13,352 nt of DNA from a virus (IMGVR_UViG_2690316028_000011); one strand, 5' to 3'; shown: positions 1 through 9,469, numbered from the stretch's first letter. Program-made: numbers and translations. Notes: generated by a model not told the origin, from the sequence alone.

Positions 1-69
1 AAGATATGATGTGATGGCATTTTATAAAGTTATTTTTTGAAGTGTAAGATTATACGATATTTTTAGCTA

Positions 70-100
70 CGCCAGAATAATTGCTGGCGTTTTTCTTTTT
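70..100 (+). terminator. Intrinsic terminator upstream of the holin gene (possibly the tR'-like late terminator, or the terminator of an upstream gene)
   Basis: Perfect 6-bp stem CGCCAG (70-75) / CTGGCG (84-89) with an 8-nt loop, followed by TTTTTCTTTTT (90-100). Not followed by a T-run on the opposite strand. Confidence 0.55.
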
Positions 101-190
101 GAATAGATGTTCGGGCCTTACGCTAATGTAACTTCTTTCCTTCTTCGAACCAAACCGTGTACACCATCCGTTATCTGCGGAGGTGAGGCT

Positions 191-406
191 ATGAAATCCA
201 TGGATAAGTTAACAACGGGCATCGCCTACAGCACCTCTGCAGGCAGTGCTGGCTACTGGTTTTTACAGTTGCTCGATAAAGTCACGCCCTCACAGTGGGC
301 GGCAATAGGTGTATTGGGTAGTCTGGTATTTGGCATGCTGACGTATCTGACAAACCTTTATTTCAAGATTAAAGAAGACAGGCGTAAGGTTGCGAGAAGA
401 GAGTAA
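191..406 (+). CDS. essQ: Phage-21-type class II holin (pinholin) with dual-start motif M-K-S-M
   Basis: 71-aa product [25 protein letters not shown]...[17 protein letters not shown] matches the S21/EssQ pinholin pattern with two predicted TM segments. Strong SD GGAGGTGAGG lies just upstream of the ATG at 191. The six-frame ORF (107..406) extends upstream, but the RBS supports 191. Confidence 0.85.
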   Translation: MKSMDKLTTGIAYSTSAGSAGYWFLQLLDKVTPSQWAAIGVLGSLVFGMLTYLTNLYFKIKEDRRKVARRE

Positions 407-410
407 TCCA

Positions 411-962
411 ATGACTCAAGACTATGAACTGGTTGTGAAAGGAGTTCGCAATTTTGAGAATAAAGTGGCGGTAACTGTAGCCTTACGGGACAAAAAACAC
501 TTTGACGGTGAAATTTTTGACCTGGACATCTCGCTGGACCGTGTTGAAGGTGCCGCGCTGGAGTTTTATGAGGCAGCAGCCAGAAGGAGCATCAGACAGG
601 TCTTCCTGGATGTTGCTGCCGGGTTATGTGAAGGGGATGAGCAGTCGTCGGAAAAGCGCCCCATAATTTTAGAGGCGCAGAATGTGTGGATAACCTACAA
701 AGGAAAGCTACCGGGAAGAATTACTGGTTCTCTGAAGACGCCACCGACGGCATTGCGGTCAGAAAAAGATGATATTGAATCGCCCATTGAAAAACTGGAG
801 GGCAGCGTCGCTGATCTGAATAAAAAATTGTCGGTGCTGATTCCTTCTGAAGATGAAAAAAAACGCCGCGATGAGCAGTTTGCGGCGTTTTACGATTATT
901 GCATTGAAGTTACTCGCAGGAATTTTGTGAAGATTTTTGAGGAGGGTAAATCTCTTCAGTAA
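411..962 (+). CDS. Uncharacterised acidic protein (183 aa) inserted between holin and endolysin
   Basis: ORF 390..962 opens with TTG; the first ATG is at 411, preceded by AGAGAG and immediately after the holin stop. Composition looks like normal coding sequence. No family recognised. Confidence 0.5.
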   Translation: MTQDYELVVKGVRNFENKVAVTVALRDKKHFDGEIFDLDISLDRVEGAALEFYEAAARRSIRQVFLDVAAGLCEGDEQSSEKRPIILEAQNVWITYKGKLPGRITGSLKTPPTALRSEKDDIESPIEKLEGSVADLNKKLSVLIPSEDEKKRRDEQFAAFYDYCIEVTRRNFVKIFEEGKSLQ

Positions 963-1170
963 GCTTATTGGCGGACGCTGCAATTAATTCAGGAAGGTCC
1001 GCAAGGTCATCTGTCAGTGGATATGATGAAAAATCGGCGGCAGTTCTGTTAAGAAGCGCTTTAACTAATTCCTTTTCCTTCTCCGGCAACAAGTTGATTA
1101 GAGCTACGACTGCTTGCCTGAGTGCGATTAAATCAGCAAAAGTTTGTTTTGGTAGATTTGTGTAATCCAT
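910..1170 (-). CDS. Uncharacterised small protein (86 aa), convergent with the preceding ORF
   Basis: ATG at 1170 on the minus strand is preceded by GAGG about 7 nt upstream. Its 3' end overlaps the 411..962 ORF by 53 bp. This position corresponds to where ydfR sits in K-12 Qin, but I cannot confirm identity. Confidence 0.45.
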   Translation of the reverse strand: MDYTNLPKQTFADLIALRQAVVALINLLPEKEKELVKALLNRTAADFSSYPLTDDLADLPELIAASANKLTEEIYPPQKSSQNSCE

Positions 1171-1283
1171 AGTCGCCTCTGTGTTTATCAGATTGACATC
1201 CTCCTCCCGCCAGTGCCCATCACTGGTGAGGTAAGATTTAACATATCCGGGGATTTGAAGCCGATAAATCCTGATAAATATCC

Positions 1284-2311
<1,028 letters not shown>

Positions 2312-2494
2312 ATTAATATTAAATCGGATTATTTTTAGCGCTGAATGTGAAATTTAAATAAAAAGGACTCTTCCATGAGTCAAAATCCTTGAAATCTTAA
2401 GGGTAAGATAAAAGGTCATTAGACAGAATGACACGTTTTATTAATAAATAAAGCTATTGTTTCATTCGTGTGTTTTTCTTTACAAAAGTAATCC

Positions 2495-2523
2495 TTGCTA
2501 TGGTTGGTTAATCATGCGTTAAT
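2495..2523 (+). promoter_or_regulatory. Candidate sigma70 promoter for cspI with long AT-rich 5' UTR
   Basis: TTGCTA (2495-2500), 17-bp spacer, GTTAAT (2518-2523; compare cspA -10 CTTAAT). Would give a 5' UTR of roughly 145 nt, typical of the cspA family. Sequence-pattern inference only. Confidence 0.3.
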
Positions 2524-2674
2524 GGTGTTCTGGTTTGTTACAAAATTATCTGAAGCAGTCATTGTTATAATTTTATTATTTGTACCTCTTGAGATTTCCT
2601 TGTTGGTTTTTCTCTCTGATATTTTTTTTCGGACCATTCTGCCCAAGGGCTAACTTCTTCAAAAGGTAATAATG

Positions 2675-2887
2675 ATGTCTAACAAAATGACTGGTTTAGT
2701 GAAATGGTTTAACCCTGAAAAAGGTTTTGGTTTCATCACGCCGAAAGATGGTAGCAAAGATGTGTTTGTCCATTTCTCAGCTATTCAGAGCAACGATTTC
2801 AAAACGTTAACTGAGAATCAGGAAGTCGAATTTGGTATTGAGAACGGACCTAAAGGCCCCGCGGCTGTTCATGTTGTGGCACTTTGA
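2675..2887 (+). CDS. cspI: Cold-shock protein, CspA family
   Basis: 70-aa product [38 protein letters not shown]... carries the RNP1 (KGFGFI) and RNP2 (VFVHF) motifs. SD AAAGG with cspA-like spacing. The six-frame ORF begins one codon earlier at 2672. Confidence 0.9.
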   Translation: MSNKMTGLVKWFNPEKGFGFITPKDGSKDVFVHFSAIQSNDFKTLTENQEVEFGIENGPKGPAAVHVVAL

Positions 2888-3086
2888 GGTAGAAAATATT
2901 ACAAACCATATTCACTTTAGATGCCCGTGTTGCCATGGTTCTCAGTATAGAACATCATCTTTTGATGTTTCTGACAGGAATCCTTTCGGGGCAAAATGTA
3001 TCTTTTGTAAATCAATGATGATTACATTTGATAATATTTCACAATACTTAAATGTTAGCCGTCTGTCGTTAGATTTAAGAAAGTGA
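2871..3086 (+). CDS. Possible small zinc-ribbon protein (71 aa) immediately downstream of and overlapping the cspI 3' end
   Basis: Product contains C-P-C-C ... (about 20 aa) ... C-I-F-C, a zinc-ribbon-like arrangement. The ORF stop at 3086 is followed 7 nt later by a strong intrinsic terminator. The RBS is weak and the ATG at 2871 is the only ATG start, so this stays low confidence. Confidence 0.25.
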   Translation: MLWHFEVENITNHIHFRCPCCHGSQYRTSSFDVSDRNPFGAKCIFCKSMMITFDNISQYLNVSRLSLDLRK

Positions 3087-3092
3087 AAATGA

Positions 3093-3114
3093 AGGCTCCT
3101 TCGGGAGCTTTTTT
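3093..3114 (+). terminator. Intrinsic terminator
   Basis: Stem GCTCC (3095-3099) / GGAGC (3104-3108) with TTCG tetraloop, followed by TTTTTT (3109-3114). Confidence 0.5.
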
Positions 3115-3158
3115 GCTTAGTGTCTAGTCGATGGATACTCACATATTACGGTAACATT

Positions 3159-3389
3159 ATGAAAAAAATAATAGTTTTTTTTAACTCTGAACCAGCAATG
3201 GTAGTGCCAGTGATGACCGGAGTTAACACCATCATGCGTGAATATCCAAATGGCGAAACAACACACCTCACTGTAATGGCTGCAGGGTTTCCATCTCTGA
3301 CCGGAGATCATAAAGTCATTTATGTAGCAGCGGATCGACATGTAACTTCAGAAGAAATTCTGGAAGCAGCAATGAGACTCTTGAATTGA
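3159..3389 (+). CDS. ynfN: Small prophage protein, YnfN/YmcE-like (partner gene upstream of gnsB)
   Basis: ORF 3120..3389. ATG at 3159 (MKKIIVFFNSEP...) gives 76 aa. An internal ATG at 3234 gives the 51-aa product MREYPNGETTHLTV..., which matches the length I recall for K-12 YnfN. The true start is uncertain and the RBS is weak for both. Confidence 0.5.
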   Translation: MKKIIVFFNSEPAMVVPVMTGVNTIMREYPNGETTHLTVMAAGFPSLTGDHKVIYVAADRHVTSEEILEAAMRLLN

Positions 3390-3561
3390 TTTGATTCTAA
3401 TGCATTGATAATAAATGATAATCATCTTTATCTGTTTGTGTGAAATTTAGACCGTCGTATGTTGATTATTGCGATGTTTCATCTTATCTTTTATACGTTT
3501 GCTCCATATAATTGACACTACTGTGTACCAGGAAAGTCATAACAGACTAAAAGAGGAAATG

Positions 3562-3735
3562 ATGAACATTGAAGAGTTAAAAACAAAAACAGAAGCAGAT
3601 ATTTCTGAATATATAACAAAAAAAATCATTGAGCTTAAGAAAAAGACCGGGAAAGAAGTTACCAGTATCCAGTTTACTGCACGGGAAAAAATGACTGGTC
3701 TTGAAAGCTATGATATCAAGATTGATTTAATCTAG
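3562..3735 (+). CDS. gnsB: GnsA/GnsB family small protein (57 aa)
   Basis: MNIEELKTKTEADISEYITKKIIELKKKTGKEVTSIQFTAREKMTGLESYDIKIDLI, preceded by SD AAGAGGAAA. Matches the GnsA/GnsB family of prophage-encoded proteins. Confidence 0.85.
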   Translation: MNIEELKTKTEADISEYITKKIIELKKKTGKEVTSIQFTAREKMTGLESYDIKIDLI

Positions 3736-3797
3736 TCTGTTTATAGTATTAGCATCAATTTCTCATCAGATGCTATTCAACAATACAAATTACCCAT

Positions 3798-3823
3798 AAA
3801 CCTCGTTTTTACGGGGTTTTGTT
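3798..3823 (+). terminator. Intrinsic terminator after gnsB
   Basis: AAACCTCG (3798-3805) pairs with CGGGGTTT (3812-3819), one G-U wobble, loop TTTTTA, followed by a T-rich tract. Confidence 0.45.
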
Positions 3824-4030
3824 ATATTTAAACATTACCGAATAGGTATAAATCTCGATTGTCGATGGTATTGGTTGTGTGACAATACCTAATCTTTCCG
3901 GTATGCGTGAAGAGAATACAAACGACAGATTATGTAAGGGAAACGCGCTGAATCTTTCACTCTTTCATGCTGAGTGATTTGACGTTATATTTTTAGCCGT
4001 AAGTGAAGAGCAAACGCATGGAGCGACAAA

Positions 4031-4237
4031 ATGCATAAAGATCAATACACTGATGCCCCCTCCCAGGAGCAGGTTCGTGTAAAAACTATGCTTAATAGCA
4101 CCATTTCGATGGGTTACCCGGATGTTGTAATTGCATGTATAGAACATCAAGTGTCTCTGGAAGCATTCAGGGCAATTGAGGCCGCGTTAGTAAAGCACGA
4201 TAAGAATACGAAGGATTATTCCCTGGTGGTTGACTGA
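4031..4237 (+). CDS. Hypothetical small protein (68 aa)
   Basis: ATG preceded by GGAG 7 nt upstream. No recognisable family. Lies in the AT-rich cargo region between gnsB and cos. Confidence 0.4.
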   Translation: MHKDQYTDAPSQEQVRVKTMLNSTISMGYPDVVIACIEHQVSLEAFRAIEAALVKHDKNTKDYSLVVD

Positions 4238-4603
4238 TCACCATAACTGCTAACCATTCTGACCATTTCACAAGTGACAGAGTCAATATCGTATTCTGTC
4301 ACTGTCAGGCTAATACAGCAATGCAATTCAACTACAGCAATGCCTCGTATTTAGGTGAATTTACAATATCGTCCAGTTCGGATGCCGGCTGCATTTCTGA
4401 AGATAAGGCATTTCGGTTCTCGTATTTTCCCCTCATGCTCGTCAGTCCTGCGCGTAGTAAGAAACAGGACACTCACACTAATTTGTGTGGGCATGCAGTG
4501 ATGTCCTTCTGAATTATCCCCATGCCATTATGTAAAGCTCTGTTACAGATGCTCGTCACGGTTGTCAGGCTGTCGGGTCCTCCCAGTGAGGGGCCCTGCC
4601 ACG

Positions 4604-4615
4604 GGGCGGGAGCGT
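4604..4615. other. cosN-like cohesive-end site (lambda-type cos)
   Basis: ACGGGGCGGGAGCGTCGCGG (4601-4620) aligns with the lambda cos junction ACGGGGCGGCGACCTCGCGG (differences fall within the 12-nt cohesive end), followed by a cosB-like AT-rich region with a 7-bp perfect inverted repeat CTGTAAT/ATTACAG (4662-4683). The small terminase gene starts about 175 bp downstream, as in lambda. Confidence 0.6.
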
Positions 4616-4789
4616 CGCGGAAAAAGGCTAGTTTTTGAAATTTTATTCGTCATCACCACTACTGTAATTGATTGGTATTACAGTGGTTTTATTTTTATGG
4701 TGTCGATTCTGATTGTTTTTTGTTCATCGCTAACACCGTTTGCCTAAAGTTGTTCGCAAGATGCATGTTTAAAACATTCTGGAGCGGGT

Positions 4790-5284
4790 ATGGATCGAGA
4801 GTTAAAAAATCTGACGCTGAATATCAGTCAACTGGCGGCATTGTCAGGTGTACATCGCCAGACTGCTGCGGCAAGGCTGCAAAATCTACCCGTTGCAGGG
4901 GGGCATGAAAGCAACCTCAAGCTTTATCGGGTGGTTGATATTGTGTCGGCATTTCTGGCATTACCACCGCCGGTTGCAGAAGGCGAAATGGACGCGCATG
5001 AGCGCAAAGCCTGGTATCAGTCTGAACGTGAGCGTCTTAAGTTCGAACAGGAAACGGCACAACTCATTCCGGCCAGTGATGTCAGACGGGAGTTTGCCAT
5101 CTGGGCAAAAGCGGTCGTGCAGGTGCTGGAGACATTACCGGATATTCTTGAACGTGACTGCGGTCTGCAGCCTGCCGCTGTGAGCCGTGTTCAGTCCATT
5201 ATTGATGATCTGCGCGATCAGATAGCCCTGCGGGTGACTGAAGCAGGTGCGGATGATGAGGAGGAATTACAGCAGGAGGAGTAA
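4790..5284 (+). CDS. Terminase small subunit (Nu1-like DNA packaging protein)
   Basis: 164-aa product with an N-terminal HTH-like segment (LNISQLAALSGVHRQTAAARL) and acidic C-terminus. Sits directly downstream of cos; its stop overlaps the start of the large terminase gene (TAATG at 5282-5286). SD GGAG upstream. Confidence 0.7.
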   Translation: MDRELKNLTLNISQLAALSGVHRQTAAARLQNLPVAGGHESNLKLYRVVDIVSAFLALPPPVAEGEMDAHERKAWYQSERERLKFEQETAQLIPASDVRREFAIWAKAVVQVLETLPDILERDCGLQPAAVSRVQSIIDDLRDQIALRVTEAGADDEEELQQEE

Positions 5285-5919
5285 TGCTGAATCAGGAAAC
5301 CGCAAAGGCAGCACGAACCGATTCAGGTTATATCCTTCGCGCACCGAGACGAATGCGGGTTGCTGATGCCGTTGCTCAGTATATGCGGGTGCCCATGGGG
5401 GCAGGGAACTCAGTCCCGTGGGATCCGCTGGTGGCACCGTATGTTATTGAGCCTATGAACTGCCTGGCCTCGCGTGAATACGACGCAGTGATATTTGTTG
5501 GCCCGGCACGAACCGGCAAGACTATCGGCCTGATTGACGGCTGGGTGATTTACAACGTGATTTGCGATCCTGCGGATATGCTGATCATTCAGATGACAGA
5601 GGAAAAAGCCCGCGAACACTCCAAAAAACGACTCGCCAGAACGTTTCGCGTCAGCCCGGAAGTGGTCAGTCGCCTGAGTCCGAACAAAAATGACAACAAC
5701 GTTTATGACAGAACATTCCTTGCTGGCAACTACCTGAAAATCGGCTGGCCGTCAGTCAATATCATGTCCTCATCAGATTATAAATGCGTCGCGCTGACGG
5801 ATTATGACCGTTTTCCGGAAGATATTGATGGCGAGGGGGATGCCTTCTCTCTTGCCTCAAAACGTACCACCACATTTATGTCCAGCGGTATGACGCTGGT
5901 GGAGAGTTCCCCCGCTGGC
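5284..5919 (+). pseudogene. Terminase large subunit (gpA-like), N-terminal fragment truncated by deletion
   Basis: Walker-A-like VIFVGPARTGKT and gpA-family ATPase-domain pattern. Homology ends about codon 205-210; the ORF then reads out of frame into gpI-derived sequence and stops at 5988. A full gpA is about 640 aa. Confidence 0.75.
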
Positions 5920-6433
5920 CATGCAGATCCCGGCGTTTCGTCAGAAACTGAGCGACGGCTGGTACCAGGTACGCATTGCCGGGCGTGATGCAGGTGAAAC
6001 CGAATTGTCTGCCCGTCTTAATGAGCCGCTGGCAAATGGTGCCGTGATCCACATCGTGCCGCGTCTGGCGGGAGCTAAAAGTGGCGGTGTGTTTCAGGTG
6101 GTGCTGGGGGCGGCGCTGATTGCGGTGGCATGGTGGAACCCTGTGGGCTGGCTGGGTGCCGCGGCTGTATCGGGCATGTATGCGGCAGGGGCCAGTATGA
6201 TCCTGGGCGGAGTGGCGCAGATGCTGGCACCGAAAGCCAGGACGCCCACGGCAGCAAGTACAGATAACGGCAAACAGAACACCTATTTCTCCTCACTGGA
6301 TAACATGGTTGCCCAGGGCAATGTTCTGCCTGTTCTGTACGGGGAAATGCGCGTGGGGTCACGCGTGGTTTCTCAGGAGATCAGCACGGCAGACGAAGGG
6401 GACGGTGGTCAGGTTGTGGTGATTGGTCGCTGA
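5912..6433 (+). pseudogene. Lambda gpI-like tail assembly protein, C-terminal fragment (fusion partner of the terminase remnant)
   Basis: From LAMQIPAFRQKLSDGWYQVRIAGRD... to ...VVSQEISTADEGDGGQVVVIGR aligns with the C-terminal roughly 175 residues of lambda gpI. The N-terminal ~45 codons are missing and a stop lies in frame just upstream at 5891. Confidence 0.8.
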
Positions 6434-6452
6434 TGCAAAATGTTTTATGTGA

Positions 6453-6473
6453 AACCGCCTGCGGGCGGTTTTG
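6453..6473 (+). terminator. Stem-loop with T-tract between the gpI remnant and the J-like gene (terminator-like; function uncertain)
   Basis: AAACCGCC (6453-6460) / GGCGGTTT with loop TGCG, followed by TTTTG. The equivalent hairpin exists in lambda between I and J. Confidence 0.35.
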
Positions 6474-6493
6474 TCGTTTATGGAGCGTGAGGA

Positions 6494-9469
6494 ATGGGTA
6501 AAGGCAGCAGTAAGGGGCATACCCCGCGCGAAGCGAAGGACAACCTGAAATCCACGCAGCTGCTGAGTGTGATTGATGCCATCAGCGAAGGGCCGGTTGA
6601 AGGTCCGGTGGATGGATTAAAAAGCGTGCTGCTGAACAGTACGCCGGTGCTGGACAGTGAGGGGAATACCAATATATCCGGCGTCACGGTGGTGTTCCGG
6701 GCAGGTGAGCAGGAGCAGACTCCGCCGGAGGGGTTTGAATCCTCCGGCTCCGAGACGGTGCTGGGTACGGAAGTGAAATATGACACGCCGATCACCCGCA
6801 CCATTACGTCGGCAAACATCGACCGTCTGCGCTTTACCTTCGGTGTACAGGCACTGGTGGAAACCACCTCAAAGGGTGACAGGAATCCGTCGGAAGTCCG
6901 CCTGCTGGTTCAGATACAGCGTAATGGTGGCTGGGTGACGGAAAAAGACATCACCATTAAGGGCAAAACCACCTCGCAGTATCTGGCCTCGGTGGTGGTG
7001 GATAACCTGCCACCGCGCCCGTTTAATATCCGGATGCGCAGAATGACGCCGGACAGCACCACAGACCAGCTGCAGAACAAAACGCTCTGGTCGTCATACA
7101 CCGAAATCATCGATGTGAAACAGAGCTACCCGAACACGGCACTGGTCGGCGTGCAGGTGGATTCGGAGCAGTTCGGCAGCCAGCAGGTGAGCCGTAATTA
7201 TCATCTTCGCGGGCGTATTCTGCAGGTGCCGTCGAATTATAACCCGCAGACGCGGCAATACAGCGGTATCTGGGACGGAACGTTTAAACCGGCATACAGC
7301 AACAACATGGCCTGGTGTCTGTGGGATATGCTGACCCATCCACGCTACGGCATGGGGAAACGTCTTGGTGCGGCGGATGTGGACAAATGGGCGCTGTATG
7401 TCATCGGCCAGTACTGCGATCAGTCAGTACCGGACGGCTTTGGCGGCACGGAGCCGCGCATCACCTGTAATGCATACCTGACCACACAGCGCAAGGCGTG
7501 GGATGTGCTCAGTGATTTCTGCTCGGCGATGCGCTGTATGCCGGTATGGAACGGGCAGACGCTGACGTTCGTGCAGGACCGACCGTCGGATAAGGTGTGG
7601 ACCTATAACCGCAGTAATGTGGTGATGCCGGATGATGGCGCGCCGTTCCGCTACAGTTTCAGCGCCCTGAAAGACCGCCATAATGCCGTTGAGGTGAACT
7701 GGATTGACCCGGATAACGGCTGGGAGACGGCGACAGAGCTTGTTGAAGATACGCAGGCCATTGCCCGTTACGGTCGTAACGTCACGAAGATGGATGCCTT
7801 TGGCTGTACCAGCCGGGGGCAGGCGCACCGCGCCGGGCTGTGGCTGATTAAAACGGAACTGCTGGAAACGCAGACCGTGGACTTCAGCGTGGGTGCGGAA
7901 GGGCTTCGCCATGTACCGGGGGATGTCATTGAAATCTGCGATGATGACTATGCGGGTATCAGCACCGGCGGGCGCGTGCTGGCGGTGAACAGCCAGACCC
8001 GGACGCTGACGCTCGACCGTGAAATCACGCTGCCATCCTCCGGTACCACGCTGATAAGCCTGGTTGACGGTCAGGGTAATCCGGTCAGCGTGGAGGTCCA
8101 GTCCGTCACCGACGGCGTGAAGGTGAAAGTGAGCCGTGTTCCTGACGGCGTTGCAGAATACAGCGTGTGGGGGCTGAAGCTGCCGACGCTGCGCCAGCGC
8201 CTGTTCCGCTGCGTGAGTATCCGTGAGAACGATGACGGCACGTATGCCATCACCGCCGTGCAGCATGTACCTTCTGCCCGTAAGGTGAATGGTAAGGCGC
8301 TTTCAGCGGATATAACACTGACGCCGAAAGATATTGGTACGCTTAACTCAACAACAATGTCATTCAGCGGTGGTGCTGGTTGGTTCAAATTAGCAACGGT
8401 AACCATGCCACAGGCGAGTTCTGTTGTTTCAATTACGTTGATTGGTGGCGCGGGATTTAACGTGGGGTCACCTCAACAGGCAGGTATATCTGAACTTGTT
8501 TTGCGTGCAGGTAATGGTAATCCGAAGGGGATTACTGGTGCTTTATGGCAGCGCACATCGACAGGGTTTACAAATTTTGCCTGGGTCAATACATCTGGTG
8601 ATACTTACGATATTTACGTTGCAATCGGAAATTATGCGACTGGTGTAAATATTCAATGGGATTATACCAGTAATGCCAGCGTGACGATTCATACGTCACC
8701 AGCATATTCTGCTAATAAGCCGGAAGGGTTAACGGACGGTACAGTTTATTCACTCTATACGCCATCAGAGCAGTTTTATCCGCCTGGCGCACCAATCCCG
8801 TGGCCATCAGATACCGTTCCGTCTGGCTATGCCCTGATGCAGGGGCAGACTTTTGACAAATCTGCATACCCGAAACTTGCAGCCGCTTATCCGTCAGCCG
8901 TGATCCCTGATATGCGTGGCTGGACGATTAAGGGCAAACCCGCCAGTGGTCGTGCCGTATTGTCTCAGGAACAGGACGGCATTAAATCGCACACCCACAG
9001 CGCCAGCGCATCCAGTACGGATTTGGGGACGAAAAACACATCGTCGTTTGATTACGGAACCAAATCCACGAATAACACCGGGGCGCATACCCATAGTATT
9101 AGCGGGACTGCAAATAGTGCCGGTGCGCACCAACACAAGAGTTCCGGTGCATTTGGTGGCACGAACACGAGCATTTTCCCTAATGGTTATACCGCGATTT
9201 TAAATCTAAGCGCGGGGATTATGAGCACAACAAGCGGTAGTGGCCAGACTCGTAATGCAGGGAAGACATCATCAGATGGTGCTCATACCCACTCGCTGTC
9301 CGGCACTGCTGCAAGCGCAGGCGCACATGCACATACTGTCGGTATTGGTGCTCATACGCACTCCGTTGCGATTGGTTCACATGGACACACCATCACCGTT
9401 AACGCTGCTGGTAACGCGGAAAACACCGTCAAAAACATCGCATTTAACTATATTGTGAGGCTTGCATAA
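6494..9469 (+). CDS. Chimeric tail tip / tail fibre protein: lambda J-like N-terminal ~593 aa fused to a side-tail-fibre-like C-terminal domain with His-rich repeats
   Basis: N-terminus [24 protein letters not shown]... through ...[10 protein letters not shown] is near-identical to lambda host-specificity protein J. After nt ~8272 the sequence diverges, GC content drops, and the C-terminus carries repeated G-A-H-T-H-S / AHAHT / SHGHT motifs like those of Stf/T4 gp37-type fibres. Strong SD GGAG/GAGG upstream. Confidence 0.9.
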   Translation: MGKGSSKGHTPREAKDNLKSTQLLSVIDAISEGPVEGPVDGLKSVLLNSTPVLDSEGNTNISGVTVVFRAGEQEQTPPEGFESSGSETVLGTEVKYDTPITRTITSANIDRLRFTFGVQALVETTSKGDRNPSEVRLLVQIQRNGGWVTEKDITIKGKTTSQYLASVVVDNLPPRPFNIRMRRMTPDSTTDQLQNKTLWSSYTEIIDVKQSYPNTALVGVQVDSEQFGSQQVSRNYHLRGRILQVPSNYNPQTRQYSGIWDGTFKPAYSNNMAWCLWDMLTHPRYGMGKRLGAADVDKWALYVIGQYCDQSVPDGFGGTEPRITCNAYLTTQRKAWDVLSDFCSAMRCMPVWNGQTLTFVQDRPSDKVWTYNRSNVVMPDDGAPFRYSFSALKDRHNAVEVNWIDPDNGWETATELVEDTQAIARYGRNVTKMDAFGCTSRGQAHRAGLWLIKTELLETQTVDFSVGAEGLRHVPGDVIEICDDDYAGISTGGRVLAVNSQTRTLTLDREITLPSSGTTLISLVDGQGNPVSVEVQSVTDGVKVKVSRVPDGVAEYSVWGLKLPTLRQRLFRCVSIRENDDGTYAITAVQHVPSARKVNGKALSADITLTPKDIGTLNSTTMSFSGGAGWFKLATVTMPQASSVVSITLIGGAGFNVGSPQQAGISELVLRAGNGNPKGITGALWQRTSTGFTNFAWVNTSGDTYDIYVAIGNYATGVNIQWDYTSNASVTIHTSPAYSANKPEGLTDGTVYSLYTPSEQFYPPGAPIPWPSDTVPSGYALMQGQTFDKSAYPKLAAAYPSAVIPDMRGWTIKGKPASGRAVLSQEQDGIKSHTHSASASSTDLGTKNTSSFDYGTKSTNNTGAHTHSISGTANSAGAHQHKSSGAFGGTNTSIFPNGYTAILNLSAGIMSTTSGSGQTRNAGKTSSDGAHTHSLSGTAASAGAHAHTVGIGAHTHSVAIGSHGHTITVNAAGNAENTVKNIAFNYIVRLA

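Noticed and set aside
968-1165. 65-aa plus-strand ORF
   Set aside because: Fully antisense to the better-supported 86-aa minus-strand ORF (910..1170) and lacks an RBS.
4321-4512. 63-aa plus-strand ORF
   Set aside because: No RBS and a low-complexity start; weak coding appearance. Left unannotated, though a real small gene cannot be excluded.
4562-4908. ORFs 4562..4747 and 4672..4908 (+), and 4848..5183 (+)
   Set aside because: The first two cover the cos site and cosB region, which is expected to be non-coding. The third is an alternative frame inside the small terminase gene.
7424-8266. 280-aa ORF on the minus strand (also 6478..6867, 7094..7339, 8071..8406, 8894..9136 minus)
   Set aside because: They lie entirely antisense to the highly conserved lambda J-like coding region. 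GC-rich sequence gives long spurious antisense frames. Arg/His/Ala-rich low-complexity translations and no RBS.
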